From: Bacteroidales bacterium
Lineage (GTDB): Bacteria > Bacteroidota > Bacteroidia > Bacteroidales > UBA932
NCBI GenBank assembly: GCA_004556005.1
Contig: SFJA01000001.1
Span: 15,279 to 79,278, forward strand
Direction: 5' to 3'
Length of the DNA stretch: 64,000 bases
The notes under the pieces are model-generated. The model did no database searches, had not been told where the DNA came from, and was given only the letters and a program-made list of their open reading frames with translations. This document shows, piece by piece, positions 28,289 through 38,104 of this stretch. Numbering within the stretch: the first letter of the stretch is position 1; each line of letters starts with the position of its first letter. A program made the position numbers and the translations under genes.

Positions 28289-29197
28289 ATGAATCAAAAG
28301 TCGCTTCATACTGTCAGAAAATTCAAGGTTGCGGGACATCTGTTTTCCCTTGCCCTTCCGGCCTGCGAGGAACTGTGGAAAGAACTTTCACAGTATGATC
28401 CTTTCGAGGTGGAAGATGCTGACAATGAACTCTTTACGCTTAGTGTGACGGAAGATTTGCAGTGGAATCCAAATGATGTCCTTTACGACGTGGAACCCGA
28501 ACCCGGACAGACGGTGATAAAGGTTTATTCCTGTCCTGACGGTCTTTTGGTGGAGATGTCTCCCGAAAGACGAATAGCCGCCGTCGCCCGTCTATGGACC
28601 GACTCCTCATTCAGAACCGCCCGTCTCCGGATGGAGCCCGGCATATCGGCACGCTCGGCCATATTTGCCATAAACAACTCGCTGATGCTTCTTTATGCCT
28701 TTGCCACCGCCCCATTCGGAACGCTTGAGATGCACGCCTCCGTCATACTCAAGGACTCGAGGGCTTATTTTTTCCTCGGCAAGAGCGGCACTGGAAAAAG
28801 CACTCACAGCCGCTTGTGGCTGCAGAACATACCGGGCAGTGAACTGATGAACGACGACAATCCTGTGGTGCGCATTATGCCTGACGGAACCCTTCGCGCA
28901 TTCGGCAGCCCCTGGAGCGGCAAAACTCCATGTTACCGCAACGTCGAGGCCCCCGTAGGCGCATTTGTTTCGCTGACGCAAGCCCCGCGCAATGCAATCT
29001 CCCGCCTGAGCCTCGCCGGCAGCTATGCGGTGCTATATGCATCTTCTTCCGGTCTGCGGCGCATCAGGAAGATGGCGGACGGACTGCACGAAACTCTCGC
29101 TGCAGCAGCTACTTCCGTTCCTTGCTACTCGCTCGAATGTCTGCCCGATGCCGATGCCGCCCTGCTGTGCTTTTCGACCGTCTCCAAATACGAATGA
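28289..29197 (+). CDS. HPr kinase/PEPCK-like P-loop kinase
   Basis: MHASVI...FFLGKSGTGKSTH, NDDNP, GSPWSGK: H-A-S, Walker A and DD pattern of HprK-related kinases. Confidence 0.75.
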   Translation: MNQKSLHTVRKFKVAGHLFSLALPACEELWKELSQYDPFEVEDADNELFTLSVTEDLQWNPNDVLYDVEPEPGQTVIKVYSCPDGLLVEMSPERRIAAVARLWTDSSFRTARLRMEPGISARSAIFAINNSLMLLYAFATAPFGTLEMHASVILKDSRAYFFLGKSGTGKSTHSRLWLQNIPGSELMNDDNPVVRIMPDGTLRAFGSPWSGKTPCYRNVEAPVGAFVSLTQAPRNAISRLSLAGSYAVLYASSSGLRRIRKMADGLHETLAAAATSVPCYSLECLPDADAALLCFSTVSKYE

Positions 29198-29200
29198 CAG

Positions 29201-29659
29201 ATGGAAGCAAAAGTAACCAGGCGCAGCGTCCCCAATGCAGATCTTCTCGAGTATGTCCGTGAGCTTGTAGCATCCGGCAAGACGGTCGAGATTCCCGCCA
29301 GGGGAAACAGTATGCTCCCGTCCATACGCGACGGCAGGGATAGCATCGAACTTGTCGCACCCGATCACCCCGCCCCCGGCAGCATCGCCCTCTGCCTGCT
29401 GCCCTCCGGCAACTATGTGCTCCACCGCATCGTCAGCATAGACAAGCGAAGGGTGGTCCTCCACGGCGACGGCAACCTTGTAGGGGACGAATTGTGCCGT
29501 CCCTCCGACATTCTTGCGCTTGCAGTCGCAATCGTCCGCCCGTCGGGAAAGAGAATAAGCTGCAGCGACCCCTCATACAACAGAAAAATCCGCCTCTGGC
29601 TTTCTGCCCCATATTTCGTGCGGCGCGTGTGCCTGGGCATATTGAGAAGAATATTATGA
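29201..29659 (+). CDS. S24/S26-family peptidase without a membrane anchor
   Basis: GNSMLP (Ser), VLHRI (His), GDGN. Confidence 0.8.
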   Translation: MEAKVTRRSVPNADLLEYVRELVASGKTVEIPARGNSMLPSIRDGRDSIELVAPDHPAPGSIALCLLPSGNYVLHRIVSIDKRRVVLHGDGNLVGDELCRPSDILALAVAIVRPSGKRISCSDPSYNRKIRLWLSAPYFVRRVCLGILRRIL

Positions 29660-29925
29660 CAACTTTGGAAGGTTTGGTACTCAGGCCGCTGGGTAGAGAA
29701 TTTGTCCTCATAGCGGAGGATGCGGTCAAAATCAATTTCAGGAAAATCATCTCCCTGAACGAGTCTGCCGCTTTTTTGTGGCAGAACATCTGCGGTACTC
29801 AGTTCGAGCTTGAAACGCTCAAGCAGCTCCTTGTATCCCACTACGGGATTGATGAGCAGCTTGCCGAGAGAGATGCGCGCCAGATACTTGACAAATGGAT
29901 AGAGGTAGGCATAGTAGTACGCTGA
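29656..29925 (+). CDS. PqqD-family RiPP recognition element (RRE), 89 aa
   Basis: MTTLEGLVLRPLGREFVLI...IISLNESAAFLWQ...LVSHYGIDEQLAERDARQILDKWIEVGIV; ATGA overlap with the peptidase stop. Confidence 0.85.
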   Translation: MTTLEGLVLRPLGREFVLIAEDAVKINFRKIISLNESAAFLWQNICGTQFELETLKQLLVSHYGIDEQLAERDARQILDKWIEVGIVVR

Positions 29926-31565
29926 TCAGGCCTTTCCGGGAATGTCTCGGTGAGCTTGGCGTGCAGCTGCGGCCCATACGCTGGAGCATAGTCCTGCGCG
30001 TGCTGCTGGGAGTCGTAGAGGTTGGTGCCTCGCTTTGCGTGGTCTGGCTGTCCAAACAGCTGGTCGATACCGTCAGTTCACCGGCCGGAGACCCTGTGTT
30101 TCCGGTAGTTATGGCACTTGCAGGGGTTATGTTGGTGCAGATTCTGTGCAGCGTGTCTTCCCGCTATCTTGAAGGCCGCTCTGCCGTGATTGCCTCCAAC
30201 AGCACCCGTACCCGTCTATTCGGAAACGTTATGGAGTCAGCCTGGAAGGGCTCTGACCGTATGCACAGCGGCGACTCGGTCAGCAGGATTCAGGAGGATG
30301 TCAGAGTATGTTCCGACTTTGTGAGCTCCACTTTTCCATCGTCAGCCGTAACCATTGTCCAACTTATAGGCGCAGCTGCGTTTCTGCTTGTGCTTCAACC
30401 TGATATGGCCTGGATACTGCTTCTGGTGACCCCTGTTGCAGTGGTCGCAAGCCGTCTGTTCTTCCGCCGTATGCGTTCGCTCTCCATAGAAATAAGGGAA
30501 ACGGAAGCCGGTGTGCAACAGCTCGTTCAGGAAAACATACAGCACCGCGTTCTGGTCAAGATGCTTGGCAACAATTCCGAGGTGCTGGAAAAACTCGGAA
30601 TCCTGCAGCGCGATGTCCTTGACAAGACCGTACTGCGTCTCAATTACAGCACCGTTTCCCGCCTGCTGATGCATCTGGGCTTTACCGGAGGATATCTTTT
30701 CGTGTTTGTCTGGGGTGCCCTGGGCATACGCTCCGGAGCCGTTACTTACGGTATGCTGGTTGCATTTCTCCAGCTCGTGGGTCAGGTTCAGCGCCCCGTT
30801 GCGGAACTGGCAAGGCAGATTCCATCGTTCATCAGGTCCCTCTCGTCCGCAGACCGCCTGCTCGACCTCGAAGTCCTTCAGCGCGAAGACAGGTCCGACC
30901 CCGTCCTGATTCCCGGTGCTCCCGGCATCAGGGTCGAGGATGTCAGCTTTAGCTATCCGGGCGCGGAAACTCCTGTCCTTCAATCCTTTTCGTGTCAATT
31001 CCTTCCCGGTACGATGACCGTTGTCCTCGGTCCTACCGGAGTAGGCAAGTCCACGCTCATACGCCTGGTAATGGCGCTGTTCCAACCCGATTCCGGTTCG
31101 GTCACTCTCTTCGACCCTATGTCCGGGAAGCAATACCCTTCATCGCCGCGAACCCGCTGCAACTTTATGTATGTGCCTCAGGGCAACAGCCTTATGAGCG
31201 GAACAATACGCGAGAATCTGCTCTCCGCAAACCCGGAGGCCTCTGACGAGGAACTGCGCGCGGCGCTCTTTGATGCTGCAGGAGAATTCGTCTTTGACCT
31301 TCCGCAAGCTCTTGATACTCCGTGCTTTGAGGCGGGAGGCGGGCTTTCCGAGGGGCAGGCGCAGAGGATTGCGGTGGCTAGGTCTCTGCTGCGTCCGGGG
31401 GGAATCCTGGTGCTGGACGAGGCGAGCTCCTCCCTTGATGCGCAGACCGAGCAGACTATGCTGAGCCGCATCTTCGAGTCGCGCAGGGGCAAAAAAACAA
31501 TCATCTGCATAACCCATCGCGAAGCCGCGTGTGCGTATGCAGATGATACACTGTATATTTCCTGA
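29895..31565 (+). CDS. ABC exporter (fused TMD-NBD), no C39 domain
   Basis: About 6 TM, GPTGVGKST, VPQG, LSEGQAQR, LDEASSSLD, ITHR. Confidence 0.9.
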   Translation: MDRGRHSSTLIRPFRECLGELGVQLRPIRWSIVLRVLLGVVEVGASLCVVWLSKQLVDTVSSPAGDPVFPVVMALAGVMLVQILCSVSSRYLEGRSAVIASNSTRTRLFGNVMESAWKGSDRMHSGDSVSRIQEDVRVCSDFVSSTFPSSAVTIVQLIGAAAFLLVLQPDMAWILLLVTPVAVVASRLFFRRMRSLSIEIRETEAGVQQLVQENIQHRVLVKMLGNNSEVLEKLGILQRDVLDKTVLRLNYSTVSRLLMHLGFTGGYLFVFVWGALGIRSGAVTYGMLVAFLQLVGQVQRPVAELARQIPSFIRSLSSADRLLDLEVLQREDRSDPVLIPGAPGIRVEDVSFSYPGAETPVLQSFSCQFLPGTMTVVLGPTGVGKSTLIRLVMALFQPDSGSVTLFDPMSGKQYPSSPRTRCNFMYVPQGNSLMSGTIRENLLSANPEASDEELRAALFDAAGEFVFDLPQALDTPCFEAGGGLSEGQAQRIAVARSLLRPGGILVLDEASSSLDAQTEQTMLSRIFESRRGKKTIICITHREAACAYADDTLYIS

Positions 31566-31576
31566 TTATCAGGGAT

Positions 31577-32611
31577 TTATCTTACGCATCTGACGTTGAG
31601 GGCGAACGATGATCCGTCTGCGCATCCGTGGAAGATGATGTCCTTGTCCTCGCAGACGTATCTGTAAGTTGCGCTTCCGTCTTGTTCGAGGTCAGCAGTC
31701 CAGAACATTGCATAGTAATTGTCGTTCTTAAACTCAAAGCCGTATGTGCTGCGGGTGGCATAGCCGGTCGGAAATACCGAAAGACCGCTTCTGTTGTCGA
31801 TTTTGACGGCAGGCCAGTATTCCCAGAGTTCGGTGCCATTGAAGGAGATTTCCTCCATAATCTCTGCGGCAGCATCGTTCAGGTTTCCTGTTTCCTTGTC
31901 CACACTGCCTCCGAAACTGAGTGCGAGCGCCTCCCAGTCCTTCTCATCCGGCAGTCTCCATCCCTCCGGGCAGGCAGTCCTTGCTTCGTCCCAGGTGTAG
32001 AAACGGCCGAAAATCTTGTCCATTGCGGGAGAGTTCCTGTAAGACACTCCGCTGCCCTTCCAGGAGAGGTTGTTGCGCATCCACTCGACGTCTCCAATCT
32101 TTACGGTATAGTATCTTGCAGCATCGCGTGGGTCCACGAAGATTCCCTGTCCCGGAATCTGTGAAAAGCCTGTGATTGAGCCGGTTCCGTCAAGTCTCGG
32201 GTCAACGGTGACGAATGCGGCTGAACCGCTGCGCTCATAGTATCCTTCTGAAAAACCCACAATCATAAGCGTAGCGGACTTGAGTTCTTCCGGTGCGGTG
32301 AAGGTATAGACAGCATCGGGGTAGTCCACGTTGAGTATGTGTCCGTCGTAATAAATGGTATCTCTGCTTCCCGTGGTCGGATTGCTCACATAGTAGCCTA
32401 CATCGCTTCCCTGTTCGTCATCCCTGCTCAGGCTTACAAGCGTGTCCAGGTCAAAGGTAACAACGCTGCCCTTTTCCATATATTCGGGCAGAGTAATTTT
32501 TATGCTGCCTGTAAATGAAAGTTTTGTAGTATCTTTTTCTTCGTCCTTGCAGGAAACGGCAATCAGGGCCGTGGACAGCGTTAGCAGTGTCAAAATGTTC
32601 TTGAATCTCAT
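31577..32611 (-). CDS. FISUMP (Fibrobacter major paralogous domain) lipoprotein
   Basis: Lipobox AVSC; DPRD..Y.TVKIG..WM..NL, GRFYTW, CPEGWRLP, terminal VRCVR. Confidence 0.85.
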   Translation of the reverse strand: MRFKNILTLLTLSTALIAVSCKDEEKDTTKLSFTGSIKITLPEYMEKGSVVTFDLDTLVSLSRDDEQGSDVGYYVSNPTTGSRDTIYYDGHILNVDYPDAVYTFTAPEELKSATLMIVGFSEGYYERSGSAAFVTVDPRLDGTGSITGFSQIPGQGIFVDPRDAARYYTVKIGDVEWMRNNLSWKGSGVSYRNSPAMDKIFGRFYTWDEARTACPEGWRLPDEKDWEALALSFGGSVDKETGNLNDAAAEIMEEISFNGTELWEYWPAVKIDNRSGLSVFPTGYATRSTYGFEFKNDNYYAMFWTADLEQDGSATYRYVCEDKDIIFHGCADGSSFALNVRCVR

Positions 32612-32693
32612 TTGCATTTGATTATGGTTTGCAAAGATGCTAATTTTAGTTTGAAAAACGCGTATATTTGTGCAAATACTTTGCCGAAATACA

Positions 32694-33641
32694 ATGAGAG
32701 TAAATATCCATATTGCCGCTGCAGCTATTTTGATGCTATTTGCGTGCGGATGCGAAAAGAAAAACGGATACCAGGTTTTCAGCGGATATGCCCAGGGAGG
32801 AACTTACAGGATAACGGCCGACCTCGGCAACTGCAGGCTTGACAGGTCTGAACTTGCCGCAGGCATAGATTCCGTGCTCAACAGGGTTGACAGCTGTTTT
32901 TCGGGCTATAACCGCAACTCATATCTGAGCCGTCGCAATCGCGGGGAAACTCTCTCTCCCGATGCTCTGTTCGATACTCTTGTGAGCATCTCGGAGCGTT
33001 TCAAGGAACTTAGTTCCGGGGCTTTTGACGTTGCTTCGGCACCTCTTTTCGATATCTGGGGCTTCGGATTTACCCGGGACTCACTTCCTCCGGAGAGCGC
33101 CATCGAAGCGGCAAAAGAATTGTGCAAGGAAGGCAAGATGTTGAATTTTAATGCGATAGCCCAGGGGTTTACCTGTGACCTCGTTGCCGCATACCTACAT
33201 TCTGCCGGAGTGAGAAATATGCTCGTTGACATAGGAGAAATCTATTGCGAGGGCGTAAATGCTTCAGGCAGGCCCTGGAGTATTGGCATTGACACACCTG
33301 AGGACGGCAACAACGTGCCTGGAGCCAGCCTAAGCGGGATATGGCGTTCCGACGGTGGTTCTCACGGAGTCGTAACTTCCGGAAACTATCGTAAATTCTA
33401 CATTCACGATGGTCATAAATATGCTCATACCATAGACCCGCGTACCGGTTATCCCGTCGAACATGACCTGCTCAGCGCTACGGTGGTCGCTCCGGATGCG
33501 ACTTCGGCAGATGCGCTGGCTACCTTTTTTATGGTTGTGGGGGCAGAGGAGGCCCTCTCCTGGGTGGAGGCTCACTACGGAGTCGAGGCTTGTCTTATCT
33601 GTGCGGATACAACTTTGGTTTCGAGCGGATTCTACCGATAG
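32694..33641 (+). CDS. apbE: FAD:protein FMN transferase lipoprotein
   Basis: GAFDV, NAIAQG, DIGEI, VTSGNYR, HTIDPRTG, ADALAT. Confidence 0.9.
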   Translation: MRVNIHIAAAAILMLFACGCEKKNGYQVFSGYAQGGTYRITADLGNCRLDRSELAAGIDSVLNRVDSCFSGYNRNSYLSRRNRGETLSPDALFDTLVSISERFKELSSGAFDVASAPLFDIWGFGFTRDSLPPESAIEAAKELCKEGKMLNFNAIAQGFTCDLVAAYLHSAGVRNMLVDIGEIYCEGVNASGRPWSIGIDTPEDGNNVPGASLSGIWRSDGGSHGVVTSGNYRKFYIHDGHKYAHTIDPRTGYPVEHDLLSATVVAPDATSADALATFFMVVGAEEALSWVEAHYGVEACLICADTTLVSSGFYR

Positions 33642-33645
33642 ACGC

Positions 33646-34752
33646 TTACATTCCTGCAATTGTTTCCATACAGAAGGTCAGCGCATCTGAGAGATGTTCG
33701 CAGAGTTTTATGACGAATGTAGGACAGCATCCTGCGCTGCTCAGGGTAACTGCTGCCAATGAAGCGCATACCAGTATGCTTGTAAGCGGCAGCGAGATTA
33801 TGTTTGTCAGGAGAAAGTGACCGGGAAGTGTACCGAAGCGTCTCAGGACCAGACCTGCAGTAGTAATCTGGCAGGCTATGCTCATCGAAGCTGCAGACCA
33901 GATGCTCCTGAGAGGATCGTGGCCTTTTTTTGTTACAGGATACAGCTTCAGCAGTGCAGGATAGATTGTCAGAGCCCCCAATACGGCCAGGTAGGACAAT
34001 TGGAAGCCCGTTTCTCCAATGCTGTTGGGGGAGAACAGAAGATGTATGGTAAGGACGCTGGCAAATACCTTGGATGAAGGGCAGTTGCGCGTGGAAAAGA
34101 ACCTGCGCAGCTCGTTGTAGCATACAAAGAGGAATGCCCTGACAAGAGACGCGGAAGCCCCGGTGGCAAGGACATAGACCGCGCATATTGCGCAGATGAG
34201 GGCTCCTCGCACTCCACTTCCTGCTCTGGAATTGCCCAACGGGGCAAGCAGGATGGAAAGCAGTCCGTATATAATGCCAAGATGCAGTCCGGAGAGTGCA
34301 AGCAGGTGGGAAGCCCCGCTCTGTCTGAATGCTTCCGTGACGCTTTTGTCAAGTCCTCCCTTCCTTCCGCACAGCAACGCGTTTACGAGCGAGGCTGTAT
34401 CTTCGCTGAAGCATTCGCCAATAAGTTCCGAGAGACGGCCTGAAAGACCCGACATAGCGGTGATGGCTCTGTCGGCAAGCATCAGGCGGCCGCTGTCGCC
34501 TGTCAGCAGCCTTGCGTTTATGCAGGCGAATGCTCCCGCCAGCAAGAGCGCCAGCGCGGCAGGAGCCGGTGACCCCGTACTCCTTCCGCTCCGGCAGGAC
34601 ACTGACAGTATGCAGAGCAGGGCGAGGAAAGGACACAGGATTGCGGCCGCCAGGTACAGTTCCCGAAAGCCCAGAGGCAGCGCAGAAGCAATCCACGCCC
34701 CGATAATGATCATCAGGCACAAGGTCCCATTGCCGTACAAACCCTCTCTCAT
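33646..34752 (-). CDS. comEC: ComEC/Rec2 competence-domain membrane protein (short form)
   Basis: FRQSGASHLLALSGLHLG, SASLVRA, GFQLSYLAV. Confidence 0.82.
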   Translation of the reverse strand: MREGLYGNGTLCLMIIIGAWIASALPLGFRELYLAAAILCPFLALLCILSVSCRSGRSTGSPAPAALALLLAGAFACINARLLTGDSGRLMLADRAITAMSGLSGRLSELIGECFSEDTASLVNALLCGRKGGLDKSVTEAFRQSGASHLLALSGLHLGIIYGLLSILLAPLGNSRAGSGVRGALICAICAVYVLATGASASLVRAFLFVCYNELRRFFSTRNCPSSKVFASVLTIHLLFSPNSIGETGFQLSYLAVLGALTIYPALLKLYPVTKKGHDPLRSIWSAASMSIACQITTAGLVLRRFGTLPGHFLLTNIISLPLTSILVCASLAAVTLSSAGCCPTFVIKLCEHLSDALTFCMETIAGM

Positions 34753-34849
34753 AATGCACAAATCTCTTTTCTATGGCCGGAACTTGCGATAATACGAAAG
34801 AAAAGTTATAAATTTGTAAGATTTTAATCGAAATTTACGAATCTTAATT

Positions 34850-36070
34850 ATGATAATTCTTGTAATCAACTGCGGCAGTTCATCAATCAAGTACCAGGTG
34901 CTTGATATGAAGAACGACAATGAGTATTCGCTTCTTGCAAAAGGCATCCTCGAGAGGATTGCGATGCCTATGAGCAAACTTACCCACAAACCTACCGGAA
35001 AGACTCCTGTCGTAATGGAGATGCCGGTCGCTGACCATAAGATCGGAATGAGGATTGTGCTTGACGCCCTTGTAAATCCGGAATACGGCGTCATCAGTTC
35101 ATTCTCGGACATAGATGCGGTAGGCCACCGTATCGTGCAGGGCGCCGAGTACTTTGACAAGAGTGTTCTCGTCGATGACGAAGTAATCAGGAAGATTACC
35201 GTCTGCTGCGACTTCGCGCCGCTTCACAATCCTGCGCATCTTCTTGGAATTGAGGCGGTTAGCAATGTGCTTCCAGATGTTCCTCAGGCTGTTACCTTCG
35301 ATACCGCATTCCATCAGACAATGGCTCCGGAGGTGTATATGTATGCTCTTCCTTACCAGTATTACAAGAAGTATGGTGTCCGTCGTTACGGTGCTCACGG
35401 TACCAGCCACCAGTACGTCTCACAGAGAGGCGCCGCTCTTGCCGGCATTCCTCTGGATAACTCTCGCATCATAACCTGCCACATCGGCAACGGTTCTTCC
35501 GTGACCGCCATACGCAACGGAAAGGTTGTTGACACTTCGATGGGCTTTACTCCGCTCGAGGGTATGATTATGGGAACGCGTTGCGGATCCATTGATGCCA
35601 GTCTCGTCCCTTATCTTATGAAAAAGGAAAACAAGACTCCTGACGAGATGACTGCGCTGATGAACAAGGAATCAGGATTCCTCGGAATGTCCGAAGGAGT
35701 TACCTCGGATTGCCGTGACCTTGTTGACCGCAGGGAAGCAGGCGACGAGCGTGCTAGGCTCATTCTTGCGAAGCTCGTGCTCGACATAACCAAGCTTGTC
35801 GGCAGCTATGTTGCCGAGATGAACGGTGTTGACCTGATTGTATTTACCGCCGGTATCGCTGAGAACAATCCTTGGCTCCGCAGGGATGTGAGCGCCAATT
35901 TCGCTTATCTCGGCGCAAAGATTGACGAAGAAGTCAATGCTGTTGCCCGCGGCAGCGAAACCATCATTTCTACTCCCGATTCCAAGGTCAAGATTGCTAT
36001 GATTCCTACCGACGAGGAACTCGTCATCGCAAGGGATACGATGCACCTCGTGGAGGATTTGAGAAAATAA
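34850..36070 (+). CDS. ackA: Acetate kinase
   Basis: INCGSSSIK, GHRIVQG, APLHNP, FDTAFH, HGTSH, PTDEE. Confidence 0.96.
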   Translation: MIILVINCGSSSIKYQVLDMKNDNEYSLLAKGILERIAMPMSKLTHKPTGKTPVVMEMPVADHKIGMRIVLDALVNPEYGVISSFSDIDAVGHRIVQGAEYFDKSVLVDDEVIRKITVCCDFAPLHNPAHLLGIEAVSNVLPDVPQAVTFDTAFHQTMAPEVYMYALPYQYYKKYGVRRYGAHGTSHQYVSQRGAALAGIPLDNSRIITCHIGNGSSVTAIRNGKVVDTSMGFTPLEGMIMGTRCGSIDASLVPYLMKKENKTPDEMTALMNKESGFLGMSEGVTSDCRDLVDRREAGDERARLILAKLVLDITKLVGSYVAEMNGVDLIVFTAGIAENNPWLRRDVSANFAYLGAKIDEEVNAVARGSETIISTPDSKVKIAMIPTDEELVIARDTMHLVEDLRK

Positions 36071-36075
36071 CAGGA

Positions 36076-36687
36076 TTACAACAGACCTGTTTCGCGGCCG
36101 AACTGGATTATCAGTTCGGCTGTTTTTTCTATTCCGAGCAATGAGGAGTCGATGCAGAGGTCATAGTTTCCGGCAACACCCCAGTTGTCTCCCATAGTGA
36201 CAAAGTCGTAGAACTGCTTCCTGGACTTGTCCTTTTTCTGTATCAGGGCCCAGGCCTCCTTGGCATCCAGGGACAGCCTTTCTCCAATGCGTCTGATCCT
36301 GGCCTTTTTCGGCGCCGTGATGAAGATGTTGAGGCAGCAGTCAAAATCCCTGAGGACATAGTCCGATGCCCTGCCTACGAAGATTGCATTTCCCTTGAGC
36401 GCTATCTCCCTGATGGTCTCGCTCTGAATCTTGAACAGTGAGTTGGAATTGAGGGCCTCGTTGCTGTAGTATCTGTTCCCTCCGAACATTGTTCCGATCT
36501 TGAGAAAATCCTTTTTCTCGTCACTGCTTGTAAAGAGCGACGCGCTGATACCGCTTTTTTCGGCCGCCTTGCTGATAAGTTCAGTATCAAATACTTCAAT
36601 CCCAAGCTGACGTCCGAGCTGCTCGGCGACTTGTTTGCCTCCGCTACCGAACTGTCTTCCGATATTTATGATGACGTGCTTTTCCAT
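36076..36687 (-). CDS. Cytidylate kinase-like family protein
   Basis: IGRQFGSGG, FVGRASDY, YDLCIDSS. Confidence 0.85.
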   Translation of the reverse strand: MEKHVIINIGRQFGSGGKQVAEQLGRQLGIEVFDTELISKAAEKSGISASLFTSSDEKKDFLKIGTMFGGNRYYSNEALNSNSLFKIQSETIREIALKGNAIFVGRASDYVLRDFDCCLNIFITAPKKARIRRIGERLSLDAKEAWALIQKKDKSRKQFYDFVTMGDNWGVAGNYDLCIDSSLLGIEKTAELIIQFGRETGLL

Positions 36688-36694
36688 AGCTTCT

Positions 36695-38104
36695 CTATTT
36701 TACTGAGCTTCCAAGTATGGTCGGGTCCTCGCCGTCCTTGAGCTTGTCGAACTTGCGGAATGTACCGAATATGAATATTGCTGAAGTAATTACGGCGAAG
36801 ATGTCTGAAATAGGGAAGCTGAGCCATACTCCCTTTTCCTCAAGCCACATAGGCAGCAGGTAAATCAATGGTACCAGGAAGAGCAGCTGTCTGGACAGGG
36901 ACAGGAAAATAGATTTATTTACCATTCCCAGACACTGGTAGAAATTTGCCGTCACAATGCAGAATCCGACCGGAGCCACGCACATGTTGAGGTGCTTCAG
37001 GCCTTTTGCTGCAAGGTCCTTGAGTTCGGGGTCGTTGGTGAACAGACCTGCCGCAAACTCCGGACAGAACATTGAGATAATCCAGCACAATATGGTGCAG
37101 TAAACCGCCCATCGAGCTGACATCCAGAAAACTTCCTTGACTCTCTTGTGCTGTCTCGCTCCGAAGTTGTATCCGGCAATCGGTTGCATACCCTGATTAA
37201 TGCCCATCACTACCATCATAAACATCATCGAAATCCTGTTTGCGATACCGTAAGCACCAATGGCAAGGTCTCCTCCGTATGTGCGCAACTGCTGATTGAT
37301 GAAAAGTGCAACCAGACAGGCTGCGCTGTTCATCAGGCACGGACCAATTCCAATAGCCATCGACTGTTTGGCTATGTGCAGGTCAAGTTGTAGAAGAGGA
37401 CGCGAAATGTGAAGCACTTTCTTACGGTCCATCAGGAAACGCATCGAGTAGCAGAGGGCAAGTGTCTGGCACAATACGGTTGCAATTGCAGCTCCCTTTA
37501 TACCCAGGTCAAAGACAAAGATGAACAAGGGATCGAGGACGGAGTTGGATATTACGGTAAAGAGTGTGAGTCCCATTGCCGTCTTTGGATGTCCGGAAGC
37601 CCTCAGGACACCGTTCAGACCGAAATACAGGTGAGTTATGATGTTGCCTATGAGTATTATGGTCATATAGTCCCGGGCAAAAGGAAGGGTATTTTCGCTT
37701 GCTCCGAAAAATGTCAGTATCGGGTCCAGAAACAGCAGCGATACAATGGAGAATATTGCTCCGACAATGATGTTGAGGCTCAGCGTGGTATTGAGTACCT
37801 TGCGTGCCTTGTCGTAATCCTTCTGCCCGAGCAGCACGGATATCATTGTCATCGCTCCCACTCCGACCAGCGTGCCGAGAGCAACTGACAGGTTCATCAT
37901 AGGGAAGGTGACGGCAAGTCCGGAAATGGCAAAGGCTCCTATGTCCTTAATATGACCGATATATATGCTGTCAACCATATTATACAAAGATGCCGCAGTC
38001 TGGGCTATGATACCCGGTACTGCGTACATCCTCAGCAACTTGCCAATCTTGAGCGTCCCCAGTTCCGTAGGAGCCGTTCCCTGAACGTTTCCTTCGCTAC
38101 TCAT
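36695..38104 (-). CDS. MATE family efflux transporter
   Basis: LYNMVDSIYIG, LDPLFI, GIKGAAIATV, QPIAGYNFGA; ATG overlaps the FKBP stop. Confidence 0.92.
   Translation of the reverse strand: MSSEGNVQGTAPTELGTLKIGKLLRMYAVPGIIAQTAASLYNMVDSIYIGHIKDIGAFAISGLAVTFPMMNLSVALGTLVGVGAMTMISVLLGQKDYDKARKVLNTTLSLNIIVGAIFSIVSLLFLDPILTFFGASENTLPFARDYMTIILIGNIITHLYFGLNGVLRASGHPKTAMGLTLFTVISNSVLDPLFIFVFDLGIKGAAIATVLCQTLALCYSMRFLMDRKKVLHISRPLLQLDLHIAKQSMAIGIGPCLMNSAACLVALFINQQLRTYGGDLAIGAYGIANRISMMFMMVVMGINQGMQPIAGYNFGARQHKRVKEVFWMSARWAVYCTILCWIISMFCPEFAAGLFTNDPELKDLAAKGLKHLNMCVAPVGFCIVTANFYQCLGMVNKSIFLSLSRQLLFLVPLIYLLPMWLEEKGVWLSFPISDIFAVITSAIFIFGTFRKFDKLKDGEDPTILGSSVK

Noticed and set aside
29494..29655. N-terminal extension of the PqqD ORF as a fused precursor
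   Set aside because: Lies inside the peptidase gene in another frame; the ATGA-coupled start at 29656 gives a normal-size RRE
28289..31565. Classical lasso-peptide or PQQ cluster
   Set aside because: No asparagine-synthetase-like cyclase, B2 protease, pqqA/B/C/E or precursor
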